DNA of 64,000 bases from contig NC_042997.1 in the NCBI RefSeq assembly GCF_006345805.1, positions 175,646,001 through 175,710,000 on the forward strand. The letters run 5' to 3'. The DNA is from Octopus sinensis. Its lineage: Eukaryota. Under the pieces are notes generated by a model. It did no database searches. It had not been told where the DNA came from and saw only the letters and a list, made by a program, of their open reading frames with translations. Of the stretch, positions 58,930 to 64,000 are shown in pieces (the first letter of the stretch is position 1; each line of letters starts with the position of its first letter). Made by a program: the position numbers and the translations under genes.

Positions 58930-59393
58930 ATATATATATATAAAAAGACAAATAAAAACAGTTATTCTTAAAAACTTTTTTAGCGTCTAAGTGGTTAGAC
59001 TTTTACTTTCTTGTTGCCTGAAGTGATGATGAATGGCTCATGACCTCCTTAGAACTTGTTAAGTCTGGATGATGTCATTGCAATACATTGACTACTATTC
59101 CTCTTTTATTCTTACTTCATATTTATTTCTAGTTAGCTTTTTAATGCTGGATGCAATAAATACGGTGGGGCTGGTAATTTACACTGTTTTCTGTATCAGG
59201 AATAATCACAGTGGAATCAATTGTGGTGATTAAGAAAGTATTAGGAGTGAGCAATCAAATGAGATAGTTTTAAATGTTACAGATTATTAGGTTTCATAGA
59301 CTGAAGTGTATACTTCACTATCATTGTGTGTGTGTGTTTTTAAATAGTAGTTCAATTCTGAAATATTGTCTGGTCTTATCAGAAGACCATGTA

Positions 59394-60295
59394 CAGGGTG
59401 CAGTGAATAAATTGTCTAAATTACACAAAAATGAAAATAACACTCATATTTCATTTTAACATATATTTACCAAAATTACATAAAAATATCTTGAAATATT
59501 CAATAAAATTACCATTGACTTCAACCATAGCCTCCAGACGACTTCGCAATCTCTTGCAACTCTTCTGGACGGTCTCCTTGTTTAATTTGGTGAATGCTAC
59601 CATAATCTTTGCCTTCAGTTCATCTTTGGTGTTACAAGGTGTTTTGTTGGTCTCTCATTCAACTGTTCCCCACACATAATAATCAAGGGAGTTGCAGTCT
59701 GGGGAGTTAGGTGGCCAGATGTTAGGGGTGATGTGGTTTCAGAAATTGTCTAACAGTCATGACTAGTTTCTCTTGCTTGTGTGGCATGGTGCAGAGTCCT
59801 GTTGCCAGATATAGGGTGTTCCAGCAGCCACCCTCTTGACTCAGGGCAGCACTACCTCCTCCAGGCACATGATGTAGGCCTCCGTGTTGAGTCTGAGGCC
59901 ATGTGGGAAGATGAATGCAGGCATAACATCTCACCAACCAATTCAGTTCTTTTCTTATCAGAATGATCAGAGCGAGTTTTCCGAGCTGCTGTACCTTCGT
60001 ATTCACCAATAGACTCATCCAACTCTTTCTGAATCTTCTGCACTGTCCTCAAATTGACACCTAAATACTCTGAAGTGTTCGCATTGGAGCTCCTGGTGCA
60101 AATGCCAAGCAGTACAGCATGTCGTTTTCAAATTTCTGGCTGAGTGATTTGCATCATGGTGCTGTTTTTCTCACAGACAGTAGTAAGTACCCAACTGACC
60201 CTACTATTCTGTGTAGTTGAAAAAATCAAAAGCAAACAATGTGCGTGCACGAAATTAAAAATATGAAATGGCAACAATTTAACCATCGCACCCTG
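59394..60295 (-). mobile_element. Internally deleted maT/DD37D-like Tc1-mariner element
   Basis: TA-cagggtgc..taaattgt TIRs at both ends with TA flanks; WPPNSPDCNSLDYYVWG motif; N terminus RTVQKIQKELDES. Confidence 0.88.
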
Positions 60296-60788
60296 TATTT
60301 TTGTTGCCATTATTTTACTCCTTATATTTCATAAATATAATGATTAAAATATAGAAAGAAAAAAATGTTTGGTTATTATAGTGTATATGCAGAAAACAAA
60401 ATGCAATCTTTGGGAACAAGCTCTAGCTACTCATACAAGCTACTTTTATTGCTCTTAATAATTTTTTTGTATGATCAGCTATCGTAATGTAATTTTGTTT
60501 TCTAAAAGTAATTTTGTCATGTAATAGAATATGGCATTAACAATAAAGATGTAATAGGAAAAACAGCTTAATTGATTAGCTTTTCTTAATCATTTAATGA
60601 TAGCATACTTTTTCTTTCTATTTAAGTAATTAAAAAGAAAAAGTTATGTTGTCGTTTACGCCCCGGCTTGCTGTGATTGAGTAGACCTTCTATCAAAGGT
60701 ATTCTTATTAATTTTGTATTTTCTTTTCTAGCAATACTGTTTTTAGACTACATTACCCAGTGTGTCCTTTAGGTAGGGTGTGGATTAA

Positions 60789-60987
60789 CCCTGTAACATT
60801 TAAACCAGCTGTATCCAGCCCAAATGTTCTGTTTTATGTTCAAACCAGTCCGATTTGACCTCTCACATCTACCCTTCAATATCATTTTTAAAATACATCA
60901 TTAAAATCTTGAAACCACAAGATAATGCATTCAAAACAATGTGAATAAATAAGAATTACATTTGACAGTGATCTGAATGCTAAACTG
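60789..60987. mobile_element. piggyBac-type MITE
   Basis: TTAA at 60785-60788 and 60988-60991; ends ccctgtaacatt / gaatgctaaactg. Confidence 0.55.
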
Positions 60988-62282
60988 TTAAGGAAAGATT
61001 ATCTGCTATTTCTGAAAGTTTGAGCAACCACATAGATGCCCTCTCTTTTGACTTGAAAGTATTGTATGTTTGGATAAATATGAGCAGTCTTAGGATTTTT
61101 TTTTTTTATGACTCATTCACTGTTCACTTACCTACCATTTTGTGCAATATTCTGTGTACTGTACATGATCTTTTGGCTACCTTTTCTGATGAGTTGTATA
61201 CAATAAGTTCATTTTATTATTATTATCATCATCATCGGTGCTATAGCTCCCTTTTTCTCCACCATGACTGAAGACTGAAGAACCATAGAGGAAGATCTGC
61301 ATGGTTGTTCAACCTGCTAAAAATAGCAGTCAGATTTCACCCTGCAGTCTTAAAAAAGAATGATCTGTTTGATAATGTTGTTCTGAACACACTATTTGAA
61401 TTGAATAAGACAATATTGTTGTCATTGGAATGTCTCATTAAAGATCTGCTTAATTAGGGGTGAATTGAGGCTTAATTGAAAAGCTGGATCAATAGCTCAT
61501 GGAAGCAATCTTTAAGTGGAAACATGCTAAATTTCAATCATAAATATCCAGAGTTCACCCTGAAGTTGTGGTGACAGAATTGAAACTAAGAATGCATTGT
61601 TAGTACTTATGACTAAATCTCACAGAAAGATCATCAATTTTACAGTGGCAAACCATTCTGCCATTGTCATTTAAGTGTCTTTGTTGTAAATATGGGCAAC
61701 ACTGGTGACAAGATACAGACTGCTAAATCTGTAAAATTTTATTGAGTCAACTAGTGCTAATAATTAATATTAATACAAGAATATGAATACTTTGAAGGAG
61801 CCTCTGCTAGGTTACTTGACCTGCTAACTGTCTTAAAAAGAAAAAAAAAAAACACATTTGATAATTTAGTCTAAAAGATAGGATGGTCAAAGTCAGAAGA
61901 CTTTTTGATCATAGGGCTTCATTAGGATCTGTGTGAGAAATCGTTTTAAAACTTTAGATGACATGGTATGCAGCCTGCATAGATACTTTACTGTATCTAG
62001 TCTTTTGTTAAACTGTTCTAGATTGAAGTTTCATTGATGTTGGCTTTGCCTACCTTTGTTCTGGAAGTCTTGTTAACACAAATGTCAGTCAGATCGTGAT
62101 ATGAAATCAGATGACTGTTTCCAATAAAAAAGAAAAAAATTGCTGTCTTAGAAACTGAATGTTTAATGTGACTAGATTCACTTCGTATTTTATATTTTCA
62201 TTTATCCTTCTCTTCAGTTAGTATATTCTCCAGTCATTGTCAGCTGTCAGGTTCCTATATTATCTATAATTCTTTGCAACTA

Positions 62283-62472
62283 ATATTGGCACAAGGCCAG
62301 TAATTTGGAGGGGTAAGTTGATTACAACAGTCCCAGTGCTCAGTTGGTTCTTATTTTATCAACCCCTAAAAGATGAAAGTTGACCTTGGCAGCATTTGAA
62401 CTCAGAGCATAAAATGCTGGAAGAAATGCCGCTAAGCATTTTGTCTGGCATGCTAATGATTTTGCCAGATCT
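62283..62472 (-). mobile_element. SINE family A, older copy (alternative tail)
   Basis: ggcacaaggccagtaattt...atttgaactcagagc...ccgctaagcatttt. Confidence 0.8.
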
Positions 62473-64000
62473 TACATTGTCTGAAATGGTATTTTGTTGG
62501 CACAGGGAGAGAAATAAGAAGTAGAGTCAAAGGAAGACAGCTGCTGGCAAATATTTAAAACCCTCTGAAAAAGGAATTGATTAAACATAGTTTGTTGCAA
62601 GAATTTCTCTGCCAGATCTGGCAAATATAGATGAAATTTTTATTTCATTAATGTAAAAATAAGCTTTAAAAACACTAGCAATTGCCTAATGATGGAAGAA
62701 AATGTAGTGTTCAAGGAAAGGTATGAGATTATTGTGTTAGTATTGGCTGTTTAATTATATCTTAATGATTCTCATTCAGAGCTTATCTCTAGTTATTATA
62801 TACAATTGAAGATAAATTTGTTAAAAGGTAATATTGCACTTGTAACTTGATTGTAGGTTTATGTTTGAGAGCAGTAGTGAAATTAATGGTTGTAATTTTT
62901 AAAATCCTTTCTTTTAGAAGACAAGTGTACAAGGTGGGCTGAATATTTATTTCACTCCGTAGAAATATGACAGCTAAATGCTTTGAGTAACTTAGAGATG
63001 TACTATTGTTTAGGGCATCCTCCCACAAGTCAGCCCTAATCAAGCTGTTTTATGATCAAAAGTATCCCACCTATGACCTTCCCATTTTCTTCCATTTTAG
63101 TATATCTAGGATTCCATCAATGCTTGTGTTCTTTTTAAGACATTAGGATGTGATATAGGGACATTTTGTTATTTCTTGTTGATCAAATGATTGCTTAAAG
63201 TTTCCCTTATTGATTCAGTGATGTATTTGTTGTTTAACCTCTGATCAGCTCAGTCTTGATTGAGCAGATGTCAAAAGTATTCTAGCCATGACCATCCCTT
63301 CCTTCTTTTTAGTATATAGGACTACAGTATGAAACAGGTTTTACCTTCTTTAAGATGGTAGGGTGTGATGAGAGAGATTTGCTCAGCATGTTGAGTAACC
63401 ATATAGTCTCCTTTGGCTTAATGATTAGATAATATTGTGGTTGATATTTAAAATATCAAACATTCACTGCACTTTAAAAAAAATAGTATTGAAGAAACTC
63501 TAACCACTATTATTTCTACATCAAAGAAAATAGATATGAAATGAAGAGGGGAAATATAATTTTTATCCATTTTGCTGATGAAAGTTTTTATAATCAACCA
63601 GGCAGAAATTTTATCTACATATTTAGATGATAGGGATCTGTTTTCTGAGAATGAGAAGATTGGAAAAGAAAGTTATGATCACATCAACTTGAGTTCATTA
63701 GCACTGAACATCTTTGCATAGGAAAACTACAAACATGAGCATTACAACAGTTGTTATTGTTTAGACTTAGGTTAGCCCTGACCTAGTAGATCTGTGATCA
63801 AAGATATTTCAGCCATGACCATCTCATCTCTTTTTCAGGCATTTTTGTGTACTGTGGATTACATCATTCAATGACAACTTTTTTTGTTAAGTTCATAGTA
63901 TTTGATTTGTGGTAGATTTGGTTGCTATTTCTAGCAGGTTGAGCTTCCTTATTGGCTCATAGCAGTAGGAACTGTTGCATATTGCATGTGAATAGTATTT

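Noticed and set aside
62832-62856. miR-92-like sequence tattgcacttgt
   Set aside because: Only 12 nt match and there is no complementary arm; a miR-279-like seed at 62167 fails for the same reason.

Overview
A repeat-saturated, AT-rich animal genomic window. The SINE and microsatellite repertoire points to an octopus (coleoid cephalopod); this is an inference from repeat families, not a database hit. No host protein-coding gene could be identified with confidence. The only long intact ORF is a 5'-truncated CR1-type LINE reverse transcriptase (16151-17779). The rest is a layered mobile-element record: Ty3/gypsy, Tx1, CR1/L2, RTE, R4/Dong-like, mariner and maT remnants; Helitron-type elements; Merlin-, mariner- and piggyBac-type MITEs; three tRNA-derived SINE families; and long microsatellites. 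The most notable observations are: (i) two type-I hammerhead-ribozyme-like motifs in Penelope-like terminal-repeat fragments, one within a 66-bp-arm palindrome; (ii) a 43-bp 3' tail shared by a Tx1 LINE and the youngest SINE family, while other copies of that SINE carry a different tail; (iii) a ~2-kb RTE insertion with a 14-bp TSD whose 3' UTR is a nested, structured VNTR and whose copies often sit at (TA)n tracts; (iv) many short-range inverted repeats that could form dsRNA; (v) a candidate CCAAT/E-box promoter and first coding exon near 46.4-46.6 kb. All alignments were done by eye, so repeat boundaries are approximate (about +/-20 bp) unless a TSD or TIR is quoted.
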